Positions 1 through 8,681 of a stretch of 64,000 bases of DNA are shown piece by piece. A model generated the notes under the pieces. It searched no databases, had not been told where the DNA came from, and saw only the letters and a list, made by a program, of their open reading frames with translations. Numbering within the stretch: position 1 is the stretch's first letter; every line of letters starts with the position of its first letter. A program made the position numbers and the translations under genes. The stretch is from the sequence record SRR20825006_226, one strand, 5' to 3'.

Positions 1-1151
1 TTCTTGCCAATTTTTGGAGCAAGCCCCATCATAACAGCTTCAGACATTAATAAACCACCGCCGATATCCAAATTCTTGCGCATTTGGTCTTTTGCAACAA
101 CAATATTTTCAAGAATAAACCGAGAGTGTGATAATGATCCAGAGAAAAGAACAAACGCTTCAGGAATTACAATCCACTCCAAGTGCATTGGGCCAACTGC
201 TCTCTCGTGCTCTTGAATCATAGCAACTAGCTGAGAACTCACTGTTTCGCGTAAACGATGTGCAATCGCAATTATAGGCTCACAAGAAATTGGGTTTCGT
301 TTCTGAGGAAGCGTTGTGCTTGCCCCACGACCAACTTCAAAAGGTTCGCTAACTTCACCGATTTCTGAGCGCATCAAAATTGCAACTTCATTCGCAATTT
401 TCCCTAAGGTAGAAGCAACTAAAGAAATCCAAAAAACTAGTTCAGCCCATCTATCTCTTGCTGTATGCCAAGTAATATCTGGAGATTCCAAACCAAGCTC
501 CTTCATCATTTCGGTTTGAACAGTTAGTCCCTTATCACCTAGAGTTGCGAAGGTACCAACTGCACCAGCACACTGACCAACTAATACTCTTTTCTTAATT
601 TCTTGAAAACGTTCTTTGTGCCTTAAGACCTCATCTAACCAAACTGCAACTTTATAACCAAATGTGATGGGTGCCGCTTGCTGTTGAAAGGTTCTTCCAG
701 CCATCACCGTATTTCTATGGTCTTTTGCAACTTTTTGAAGAGCTTTTATAATGCCATTCAAATCCTTTTCTATTAAATCGAAGGCATCTCTAATCTGGAG
801 AACAGTACCAGTGTCTAAAATATCCTGTGTAGTTGCTCCATAATGAACCCATCGAGCTGTTTCCGCGTCGCAAGATTTTGTTAACTGATGCACAAATGGA
901 AGAATTGGAAAACCAACTCGGTCAAACTCTTCCTTCATAGCTTTGTGATCCAGTTTCTCTAACTGGGCTATTTCTTCGATCTTTTTTGCTGTTCCAGCAG
1001 GAATTACCCCAACCTTTTCTTCAGCTTTTGCTAACGCTACCTCAGTATCCAACCAAGCTTGTACTCGTTGGTCATCTGAAAAAATAGCACGCATTTCTGC
1101 GGTGCCAAACATATCGCGATAGTAATTGGAATCAATAATTGATGAGGGCAT
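1..1151 (-). CDS. Fumarase/aspartase (adenylosuccinate lyase / 3-carboxy-cis,cis-muconate cycloisomerase-like) superfamily lyase, 3' end beyond window
   Basis: Absent from the ORF track because it has no stop in the window. Translated by hand from ATG at 1151: MPSSIIDSNYYRDMFGTAEMRAIFSD...HYGATTQDI...GRTFQQQAAPITFG...GAVGT...GASTTLPQKRNP...QEHER, i.e. the three conserved regions of the superfamily. Confidence 0.85.
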   Translation of the reverse strand, partial: MPSSIIDSNYYRDMFGTAEMRAIFSDDQRVQAWLDTEVALAKAEEKVGVIPAGTAKKIEEIAQLEKLDHKAMKEEFDRVGFPILPFVHQLTKSCDAETARWVHYGATTQDILDTGTVLQIRDAFDLIEKDLNGIIKALQKVAKDHRNTVMAGRTFQQQAAPITFGYKVAVWLDEVLRHKERFQEIKKRVLVGQCAGAVGTFATLGDKGLTVQTEMMKELGLESPDITWHTARDRWAELVFWISLVASTLGKIANEVAILMRSEIGEVSEPFEVGRGASTTLPQKRNPISCEPIIAIAHRLRETVSSQLVAMIQEHERAVGPMHLEWIVIPEAFVLFSGSLSHSRFILENIVVAKDQMRKNLDIGGGLLMSEAVMMGLAPKIGK

Positions 1152-1152
1152 G

Positions 1153-1872
1153 TTAGATTTTTTTTGATATTTCTTTTAGTCGTTGAATAACTGATTCATC
1201 TACTTTTGTTGAGTAAATTAAATCCAAATTTTCACGAATCGTTTCAATTGGCCAATTCCACCATTGTATTTCTTCTAATGCTTCGATGATATTATCCTCG
1301 AAACGCATTTTAATTTTCTTTGCTGGTACACCTGCTACAATTGAATAAGGTTCTACATCTTTGGTAACCACGGCACCAGCACCAATTATAGCACCATTAC
1401 CGACTTTAACTCCTCGAAGAACTATAGCATTAGATGCCAGCCAAACATCATTTCCAATTACACAAGTTCCAAATTCGTTATATCTATTTTTTAAATCTTC
1501 ATTGGTATCATGACTAATGTTTCCATCCATTAGCATTCTAAATCTCCATAAAGGACTTGTAGTAACATTTGAAAATTCGTGATTACCTCCACCAATAGAA
1601 ACATTCCATGCCAATGAGCAAAAACTACCCACTTCTGCTGTTCTTATTGAAGTCCCTATACCTGTATAAGTAAATTTCCCAATCTTTGATTTTAAAATAT
1701 AATTTTGTCTATTTATTGAAATATTAGACTCTAAACTACTCCCAATGATAATTGCATAATTCCCTACAATTACCCCACTACCAATACTACTGTTTTTGAT
1801 TTCAGCTTCCTTGTAAACTTTTACATCCTTTTCTAGTTCGCTAGAAATAATTTTAGCTGTTGGTGATATCAT
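1153..1872 (-). CDS. Hexapeptide-repeat (left-handed beta-helix) acyltransferase, CatB/Vat-like
   Basis: Hexapeptide repeats, IGNDVWLASNAIVLRGVKVGNGAIIGAGAVVTKDVEPYSIVAGVPAK, C-terminal WWNW. Confidence 0.85.
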   Translation of the reverse strand: MISPTAKIISSELEKDVKVYKEAEIKNSSIGSGVIVGNYAIIIGSSLESNISINRQNYILKSKIGKFTYTGIGTSIRTAEVGSFCSLAWNVSIGGGNHEFSNVTTSPLWRFRMLMDGNISHDTNEDLKNRYNEFGTCVIGNDVWLASNAIVLRGVKVGNGAIIGAGAVVTKDVEPYSIVAGVPAKKIKMRFEDNIIEALEEIQWWNWPIETIRENLDLIYSTKVDESVIQRLKEISKKI

Positions 1873-1882
1873 ATTATTCGTA

Positions 1883-3133
1883 TTAGATTACCGTATCTTT
1901 AAAAATATCTTTTCTCATAGTCTGTGAACCATTGGTGTCATAAACAGATAATCCACTAATAGCTATAGCTATTTTTTCTTCCAATTCTGATTTACTTTTC
2001 GCTTTAGTTAAAAAAGCGCCCACTCTATCGCCACTAGTCATACTCGAATTTATTGTCATTCCTTTAGTTTTGAAGAAGTAAAATTCATTTATAATACCAT
2101 CTTTTAGTAACTCTTTATGCCCCGTTATATAATCAAATACTCCAGGTTGAGCATATATGAGAGTTGTTGAATAGAATGATTTAGTTTCTTCATATTCTAT
2201 TTTTACAGGAATATCGAGATAAGAATCTATGGTTGCATCCAAAATGTCAAATCCTGTTATAATCTTAACCATACTATAGCTAAGTCCACCACCTATTCTA
2301 GACGCAAATTCAATAACGCTAACGTCATCTTTATTCACTATTGCTTGAAAAAATAATGAAGTATTTTCTAAATTGAAGGCTTTTACAATCCTTTTGGCTA
2401 TCTCGATAACGTTTTCGTATGCCCTCTCTGAAAGCTCGACTGGGATTCGAGATCCGACCGATTGCAAAACTGTATCTTCACCTGCATAAGCAGTTTTAGC
2501 TTTTTCACGAGTCATGATTAAAGTAACTTCTTTGTTTTGCACAAAAAAATCAGCTTGTATTTCTTTTCCTTCTACAAATTCTTCTACAATTGCTTCTTTA
2601 GACCTGCTAATTTCTAGAGCCTCTTTTAGATACTTGCCTAATTCAGCTAAATCTGATGCTTTTCTAACACCTTTTGAACCTGTAGTATCAGATGGCTTAA
2701 CCACTAGTGGCAAAGATAATCCAATATCTTTAATATCTTCAAGTTCACTAACCATAATGTATTTAGATGTAGGAATACCATTATCCAACATCATTTTTTT
2801 CATTAATCCCTTATTAGTTACATTCAAAGCCGTTTCATAGCTATATGGCTTTGGCAAACCTAATTTTTCTGCTACATAACAAGCCGTAACATTTGCTTGA
2901 TCTATAGAAGTACTAATAACCAAACTTGCTGAAAGTTCTTTTGCAATTTCTAGAACCTTCTCTTGATCTAGCGTACTTTCTCTTAAATGTTCATCTGCAA
3001 CATTTTTTGCAGGAGGATTTTCGTAATAATCTATAAGAACAGTGTAATACCCTCTCTTCTTCAAATTTTCAATAAGTGCTTTGTGAGGTGCAGTACCACC
3101 AAGAACAATTGCTATTTTTTTCTTAAGATTCAT
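1883..3133 (-). CDS. ATP-grasp ligase
   Basis: N-terminal Rossmann-like domain (IVLGG), NKGLMK, PLVVKPSDTTGSKGV, IVEEFVEGKE, VIEFASRIGGG. Confidence 0.85.
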   Translation of the reverse strand: MNLKKKIAIVLGGTAPHKALIENLKKRGYYTVLIDYYENPPAKNVADEHLRESTLDQEKVLEIAKELSASLVISTSIDQANVTACYVAEKLGLPKPYSYETALNVTNKGLMKKMMLDNGIPTSKYIMVSELEDIKDIGLSLPLVVKPSDTTGSKGVRKASDLAELGKYLKEALEISRSKEAIVEEFVEGKEIQADFFVQNKEVTLIMTREKAKTAYAGEDTVLQSVGSRIPVELSERAYENVIEIAKRIVKAFNLENTSLFFQAIVNKDDVSVIEFASRIGGGLSYSMVKIITGFDILDATIDSYLDIPVKIEYEETKSFYSTTLIYAQPGVFDYITGHKELLKDGIINEFYFFKTKGMTINSSMTSGDRVGAFLTKAKSKSELEEKIAIAISGLSVYDTNGSQTMRKDIFKDTVI

Positions 3134-4100
3134 ATACTAACTTCTTATGGTCGATTAGTTCCGATTGCCCGTTTTCAAATTGTTTTATATTAGTAAAAGC
3201 CTCATGCATCATATTTTCGAATGATTCACGGGTAATACCACTAATGTGTGGTGTAAGAATTACATTATCTAACCTTAAGAGCTCATTGTCTATTGAAATT
3301 GGTTCTTGCTCAAAAACATCAAGCCCCGCACCTCTCAAGTGTCCTGATTTTAAATAATGTATTAATTCTTTTTCGTCAATTAGTTTTCCTCTTGAAGTGT
3401 TTATAATTATAGCCCCTGCCTTCATCATCAAAAACTCATTAGACCCAATTAATTTTTCTGTAGCACTACTAAGTGGACAATGAAGACTTATAATATCTGA
3501 CTTTATCAAGAGATCAGAAAAAGAACTGTATTTAAGATTCAATGAAGACTCTACTTCTTCTGAAAGTCTAGAAGGCTTACTGTAAATGATGTTTACCCCA
3601 AAAGGTTGTAACATTTTTGCAACATTCATCCCGATATTACCAAGCCCAATGAGACCAACTGTTTTACCATAAAGATCATTAGTTTGTATACCAAGTTCAT
3701 GTTTCTTCCATACACAAGACTTTAAAGTAGAGTCAACTGTATTAAGTCTTCGCAATACTGAAAGTAATAACATCATTGTATGCTCTGCAACACTTCGAGC
3801 ATTTACACCTGGATTTACATAAACAGGTATGTTTTTTTCTTTCAGAGCTTTCAGGTCAAGGGAATCCAACCCGACCCCTGTTCGTTGTATCATTTTCAAA
3901 TTAGGGGCTGCATTTATGATATCTCTATCAATTTTAATACGACCCCCAACTAAAAAATAGTCTGCTTTGCTAGCTTTCTTGATTATATCTTCTTTAGTTG
4001 CTTCATCTATTGATATAATATTAAAACCACTAGGTAGCACTTTTTTTACAACAGATAAGAGTGCTTGTGAATAGTAATTGGTATGTAGTACAAATGGCAT
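3123..4100 (-). CDS. D-isomer-specific 2-hydroxyacid dehydrogenase (SerA/glyoxylate reductase-like)
   Basis: GVGLDSLD, NARSVAEH, GLIGLGNIG, LHCPL, INTSRG, GAGLDVFEQEP, TPHISG (Arg/Glu/His triad present). Confidence 0.9.
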   Translation of the reverse strand: MPFVLHTNYYSQALLSVVKKVLPSGFNIISIDEATKEDIIKKASKADYFLVGGRIKIDRDIINAAPNLKMIQRTGVGLDSLDLKALKEKNIPVYVNPGVNARSVAEHTMMLLLSVLRRLNTVDSTLKSCVWKKHELGIQTNDLYGKTVGLIGLGNIGMNVAKMLQPFGVNIIYSKPSRLSEEVESSLNLKYSSFSDLLIKSDIISLHCPLSSATEKLIGSNEFLMMKAGAIIINTSRGKLIDEKELIHYLKSGHLRGAGLDVFEQEPISIDNELLRLDNVILTPHISGITRESFENMMHEAFTNIKQFENGQSELIDHKKLVYES

Positions 4101-4111
4101 TCTCTTACAGT

Positions 4112-5011
4112 CTACTTTATTGAGCCTTTTTGTGAAATAGTAGCCTCGGGGTAATAACTGTCAATAACGCGTTTCACAAGACTAACCTGCTTAGCTCTTT
4201 TCTTCGCATCAGCATCCGTTGTATCCCAACTATGAGTTTTTGCTACTGAACCACCTGTTTTCAAATAGATTGGTGATGCCACTCTAATCATTTCAGGTAC
4301 TTCATAATGTCTTATAAACCCACCTGTAGATTCAGGGTTTTCCGTATGTATATCAATGGGAATATCGATAGCCTGTCGCATTGCACTTAACATTTGCAAT
4401 TGTATATCTCTAACAGGATTGATAGAATTTGTACCTACTGATTCTAGTAGCTTTGCAGAACATGGGTTTCCATGTCCCGTATGAGCTGAAATTTTAAAAT
4501 GACAATCTTCTGGAATTTCTCCATGTTTTCTCATTTCATTTAAAACCCATAAACAGCCTTCATCGTAAACCAAAAAGCCTCTACAACCTAACCTAGCTCC
4601 ACGCCGAACCTCTTCCATAGCTCTTACAATCTGCTCCTGACCTCTTAAGCGGTATCCCATTCGCTGACCTTCTGATGTATTCACGGAAGCACTTGTGTCA
4701 TTAGTTGCACGTGGCCCAATTGCTAAAACAAGCTCCACCTGCCATTGCTTAGCTAATGAAACCATTTCTTGAATCTCCTCATCTAACAGCATCATTATAC
4801 CCTTAGTCTGAGTAACACGATGAATGGTTAGTCCATACACATCTAATTGGTTTAATAAAGCCTTCATTGAACCAGGACCTTGAATCCCCGGAACTTCAAA
4901 TCTATACTGGGCTCCATCAGAAAACCTCTTCTTAGAATCTGGCAAATCGTATGCATCACCAGATGGTAAACCAATCTTTTCTAAAAACAATCTGCTATCT
5001 TTCATATTCAT
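4112..5011 (-). CDS. Conserved hypothetical protein, probable TIM-barrel (resembles proteins loosely annotated as U32-like 'peptidase')
   Basis: 299-aa ORF in the operon; alternating beta/alpha pattern (YRFEVP, ELVLAIGP, GFLVYDEG, FKISAH, IPIDIHTE, IYLKTGG); family assignment from recall only. Confidence 0.55.
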   Translation of the reverse strand: MNMKDSRLFLEKIGLPSGDAYDLPDSKKRFSDGAQYRFEVPGIQGPGSMKALLNQLDVYGLTIHRVTQTKGIMMLLDEEIQEMVSLAKQWQVELVLAIGPRATNDTSASVNTSEGQRMGYRLRGQEQIVRAMEEVRRGARLGCRGFLVYDEGCLWVLNEMRKHGEIPEDCHFKISAHTGHGNPCSAKLLESVGTNSINPVRDIQLQMLSAMRQAIDIPIDIHTENPESTGGFIRHYEVPEMIRVASPIYLKTGGSVAKTHSWDTTDADAKKRAKQVSLVKRVIDSYYPEATISQKGSIK

Positions 5012-5043
5012 CTAATTAAATTGATTTTATTATTACAACACCA

Positions 5044-6420
5044 TTAAATAATATCATACAATGTATTGATATTATGCTCTACATCAATATTCCAAATTGT
5101 TTGTATAATCTGTTCTGATTCTTCACTAGTTTTTCCACTAAACACTGCTAATGAGAAAAATTTATCCTCTAACTCTTCATCTGAAAGAGCTGTTTCCGGC
5201 TCCCCTTTTGGAAGGTCTATTCTCGCAGTAAAAGTCTGATTATCTTTCGTTATTACATCAACAATTGCTGCACGTTTTTGAGGCGCCAAATCAGTTAGCT
5301 CTTGCCTATCAATAACGCTAACCCTTTTAGTCAAAGACAAAACATCAATGTCATCTATTTTTTCTAAACTGAACTCGTCCATACCGGCCTTCCCAGAACA
5401 CAAAGCTACAGATACGCTGTAAGGAATACTCATTTTAGCTGAATTAACTCCAAGAATATCAGTATGTTCATGACCTCCTACAGCCCAGTAATACGTTGTA
5501 ACTTTCACATTATTAATGTCTGTATAACTCAACTCATTATCTGATCTTATTTTTAAAGCTGCTTCAATTGCTGGGTGACAATGTCTACATGCTGCATAAG
5601 GTTTCATATAGATATTGTGAATTCCTAATTGATTACCACGTTTCCCAATCAACTCCGATAAATCATACTCATCAGCAACCATTGAAATAAGGCCCATTTC
5701 ACCAGATAACACATCATCATGTCCATTAAAACCTGCACTAGCTAAAGTCACAGCAATCAATCCGTTAAGAGAAGCTTGCCCAGAGTTATATGGCTTCAAC
5801 TCAGAACGACCTTTAATTACTCTAAGAATACCCGAGGCACTAGTTGCAGCAGCAGAAAGAGCATTTTTAATCTGCTTATGCGAGAATCCTAGCATTGTAG
5901 AAATTCCTATTGCAGCTCCAATTGTTCCGCAAATACCCGTTGCGTGGTAACCTTTATCTTTTGCAGAAGGTTGAATTGTTCTTGCTAGTCTAATAGCTGC
6001 TTCATAGCCTAGAATTATACCTTTTAAAAAATCTTTTCCACTTACTTTTTCGGACTCAATAAGCGGTATTAGTGCAGAAATAATTGGAGCACCTGGATGG
6101 AACATTCCGAACCTTTCGCCATCATCAAGCTCTGCAACATGGGCATTCATACCATTCAATAATACCGCATTTTGTAGAGATGATTTATGCTTATAGCCAA
6201 CTATTTTTCCCGCTCCCTCAACTGAATCAGACTTTAGGAAATCTAAAATAGAGTCGCCTTTTTCCCGAAGCATTTTACTTCCTGCTAATGTGACTCCCAC
6301 GTAGTCTATTAAGCATCTTTTAGCTTGATAGATATCTCTATCTGAAATCTGTATCTCAAGTAATTCAGAAATAAAGTTATCTGTAACATTTCCTACAAGA
6401 TCATTCCCCATAAGATTCAA
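5044..6420 (-). CDS. MmgE/PrpD family protein
   Basis: LNGMNAHVAELDD, HPG, GYEAA, YHATG, KPYNSG, KPYAACRHCHP, AKMSIPYSV, PKGEPE. Confidence 0.9.
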   Translation of the reverse strand: MNLMGNDLVGNVTDNFISELLEIQISDRDIYQAKRCLIDYVGVTLAGSKMLREKGDSILDFLKSDSVEGAGKIVGYKHKSSLQNAVLLNGMNAHVAELDDGERFGMFHPGAPIISALIPLIESEKVSGKDFLKGIILGYEAAIRLARTIQPSAKDKGYHATGICGTIGAAIGISTMLGFSHKQIKNALSAAATSASGILRVIKGRSELKPYNSGQASLNGLIAVTLASAGFNGHDDVLSGEMGLISMVADEYDLSELIGKRGNQLGIHNIYMKPYAACRHCHPAIEAALKIRSDNELSYTDINNVKVTTYYWAVGGHEHTDILGVNSAKMSIPYSVSVALCSGKAGMDEFSLEKIDDIDVLSLTKRVSVIDRQELTDLAPQKRAAIVDVITKDNQTFTARIDLPKGEPETALSDEELEDKFFSLAVFSGKTSEESEQIIQTIWNIDVEHNINTLYDII

Positions 6421-6445
6421 TTTCCATTAGTTCTAGAATTCATTC

Positions 6446-7588
6446 TTAAGCTATTACTAGTTTTAAATACGAAGCTTCATTTTCAACCACGCCATAAGCT
6501 TCTGCTTTTCGCATAACTTTTTTAGCCCAATTTCTATGAGGATTAATCTCATTCATTTTATTAGCCTTAGCACTTTTTATTACCCCACCACTAGTGCCCA
6601 ATATTTGAGATGCATCTTCATATTCTTCTCTTGTAACCGCTTGCATTGCATTTACAAATTTTAAGTGAGATGGATGGATAATCGTTTTACCAACAAAGCC
6701 ATTTGCTTTATCAATAATTACTTCTCTCAACAATCCATCAATAGCTTCATTCAGAATAATATTTCTTGTTGATAGAGTTCTATGGATATCTTCCTCAATC
6801 AAATGTATGATATCTTCTTTTTTATAAGCTAAAAAGTACTCCCAAACCGGAGCTGAAACTGTATAATCTTCACCCACTCTGTTAAAGTAATTAAGGATAT
6901 CAGATAAACAATCTCTCACTGTAAGTATATCGTATATAGAAGATGTAATACCTCGTCTAACTCCAAATAAAGAAGAGAAGTCTGTGCCTCCAACTCTAAT
7001 ATTTAGAATCAGTTTTTTAAATGGCTCAATAGCATCTTTTAACATGTTCAATTCATTTACTCTCGACTCTCTATAAGCTATAGCCTTGCCTTCAAGAATT
7101 GGCATAGCATAAAGAAGAACACCTAACTTGTTATTTATTGAGTCTAATTGTTCCAAATATTCCTTAGCATTATTGCTATAAAATTTAGGGAAAACGAAAC
7201 CTGATAGTATATCTGCCTGGGAGGCATTAAGTTTCTTTGAGAAGTCTTTAAATTGCTTAAGGTTTCTTACCCTCAAGAATATAAGAGGGATATCATTATG
7301 AGAAAGTTCGCCTCTACTTATTGCATTCGAAATTTCGTCTAAATGATTTAGTACATTTATTTCAGCTTCATGAACGTCTTTTTCTTGAATGGCATCCTCA
7401 AAGCACATTACCATCGAGGTTAGAACAGGCATTTCCATGTTTAATATTTTATCCACTATGTGCTTAGTTCCTGGCATATATAAAGTGCCACCTAAACAAT
7501 ACTGCAATAACCCCTTTTCTGTGTACTTATTAAACTCTACAGGTTCTTTAAAAAATTTAAAATTTGAGTTGTATTGATTGTGTTTCAT
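6446..7588 (-). CDS. HpcH/HpaI-CitE-like TIM-barrel C-C bond lyase
   Basis: LGGTLYMPG, MCFEDAI, IFLRVRN, GFVFPKF, MPILE, RVGGTDF, SAPVWEYF, GFVGKTIIHPSH, KMNE..PH..WA. Confidence 0.8.
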   Translation of the reverse strand: MKHNQYNSNFKFFKEPVEFNKYTEKGLLQYCLGGTLYMPGTKHIVDKILNMEMPVLTSMVMCFEDAIQEKDVHEAEINVLNHLDEISNAISRGELSHNDIPLIFLRVRNLKQFKDFSKKLNASQADILSGFVFPKFYSNNAKEYLEQLDSINNKLGVLLYAMPILEGKAIAYRESRVNELNMLKDAIEPFKKLILNIRVGGTDFSSLFGVRRGITSSIYDILTVRDCLSDILNYFNRVGEDYTVSAPVWEYFLAYKKEDIIHLIEEDIHRTLSTRNIILNEAIDGLLREVIIDKANGFVGKTIIHPSHLKFVNAMQAVTREEYEDASQILGTSGGVIKSAKANKMNEINPHRNWAKKVMRKAEAYGVVENEASYLKLVIA

Positions 7589-7607
7589 TTTTTTCTCTTT
7601 AAAGAAA

Positions 7608-8681
7608 TTAGAAATTTTCTACCATTATTTTTGCTATTAACTCTTGGTCTTTTAGCTCTAATGTCTGAAATAATGGCAAACATAAAATCTTGGAAGAGAT
7701 ATGATGAGATGCAGTCATCTTTTTTGACATTACGTAATTCAAAGAATCAAGACTTGGGAAAAAATACCTCCTAGGAAATATTTGATTTTTCTCGAGCAAA
7801 GATTTCATTCTTAGCATTGTATCTTCACTATCAAACACTACTGGGTAGTAGGCGTAGTTCCAATCGGCATTTTTGTCAATACTAATAAATTGAAGAGGGG
7901 CATTTTCAAGTAAACGATCGTAATTTTTGCATTGTTTTTTTCTCGAACTTAATATATCCTCAATATAAGATAGATTACAAAGCCCCATAGCTGCATGAAA
8001 CTCTGAATTTTTTGCATTAATCCCAATACCATGAAATGCCTCTGGGCCATTATGTCCAAAGTTCCGCATATAACTAAGCTTTGCAAATACCTCAGGATCT
8101 TTAGCGAACACCGCACCACCTTCGATTGTATGAAACAACTTCGTAGCATGAAAACTTGTAGTACTTACATCGCCATACTCAAAAACAGATTTCCCTTTAT
8201 AGGTAGTGCCAAAACAATGTGCAGCATCATAAATCACTTTTAAGTTATACTCTTCTGCTATTTGCTGTATGGCATCGATATCACATGGATTCCCAAATAC
8301 ATGAGTAGCAAGTATCGCACTAGTTTTGGGCGTAATTGCCTCTTTAATTTTAGAGGGATCGATATTAAAAGTATCTTTATCAATATCTACAAAAACAGGT
8401 TTACAACCTTCCCAGACTATAGAGGACGTTGTAGCGACGTATGAAAAAGGTGTAGTTATAATTTCACCATTCAAACTAAGAGCCTTAATTGCAATCTGTA
8501 AAGCGATAGTCCCATTTGATAAATAAAGAAGATTTTCAATATCTAGATATTCCTTAAGCTTCTGCTCTAACTCTCTAACTAAAGGTCCATTATTGGTTAA
8601 ATGCTCCCTCTCCCAAATTCCTTCGAGGTATTTCTGATAATCTTCAATGGGAGGCATAAAAGGTTTTGTAACAGGCATCAT
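7608..8681 (-). CDS. DegT/DnrJ/EryC1/StrS PLP aminotransferase, VioA-like (dTDP-4-amino-4,6-dideoxyhexose synthesis)
   Basis: VTKPFMP...TNNGPLV, SNGTIAL, TPFSYVAT, YDAAHCFG, SFHATKLFHTIEGG (PLP lysine), NAKNSEFHAAMG. Confidence 0.88.
   Translation of the reverse strand: MMPVTKPFMPPIEDYQKYLEGIWEREHLTNNGPLVRELEQKLKEYLDIENLLYLSNGTIALQIAIKALSLNGEIITTPFSYVATTSSIVWEGCKPVFVDIDKDTFNIDPSKIKEAITPKTSAILATHVFGNPCDIDAIQQIAEEYNLKVIYDAAHCFGTTYKGKSVFEYGDVSTTSFHATKLFHTIEGGAVFAKDPEVFAKLSYMRNFGHNGPEAFHGIGINAKNSEFHAAMGLCNLSYIEDILSSRKKQCKNYDRLLENAPLQFISIDKNADWNYAYYPVVFDSEDTMLRMKSLLEKNQIFPRRYFFPSLDSLNYVMSKKMTASHHISSKILCLPLFQTLELKDQELIAKIMVENF

Noticed and set aside
1-1151. pcaB of protocatechuate catabolism or housekeeping purB
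   Set aside because: No pca or pur genes nearby; the general-acid His is replaced and the signature loop is altered; it is coupled to the glycan cassette
1153-1872. Vat/CatB antibiotic-resistance acetyltransferase
   Set aside because: The fold is shared with sugar O/N-acyltransferases, and the gene is embedded in a polysaccharide operon with no mobile context
6446-7588. Tellurite-resistance (ter) operon
   Set aside because: No terABCDEZ, PRTase or HAD partners in the window
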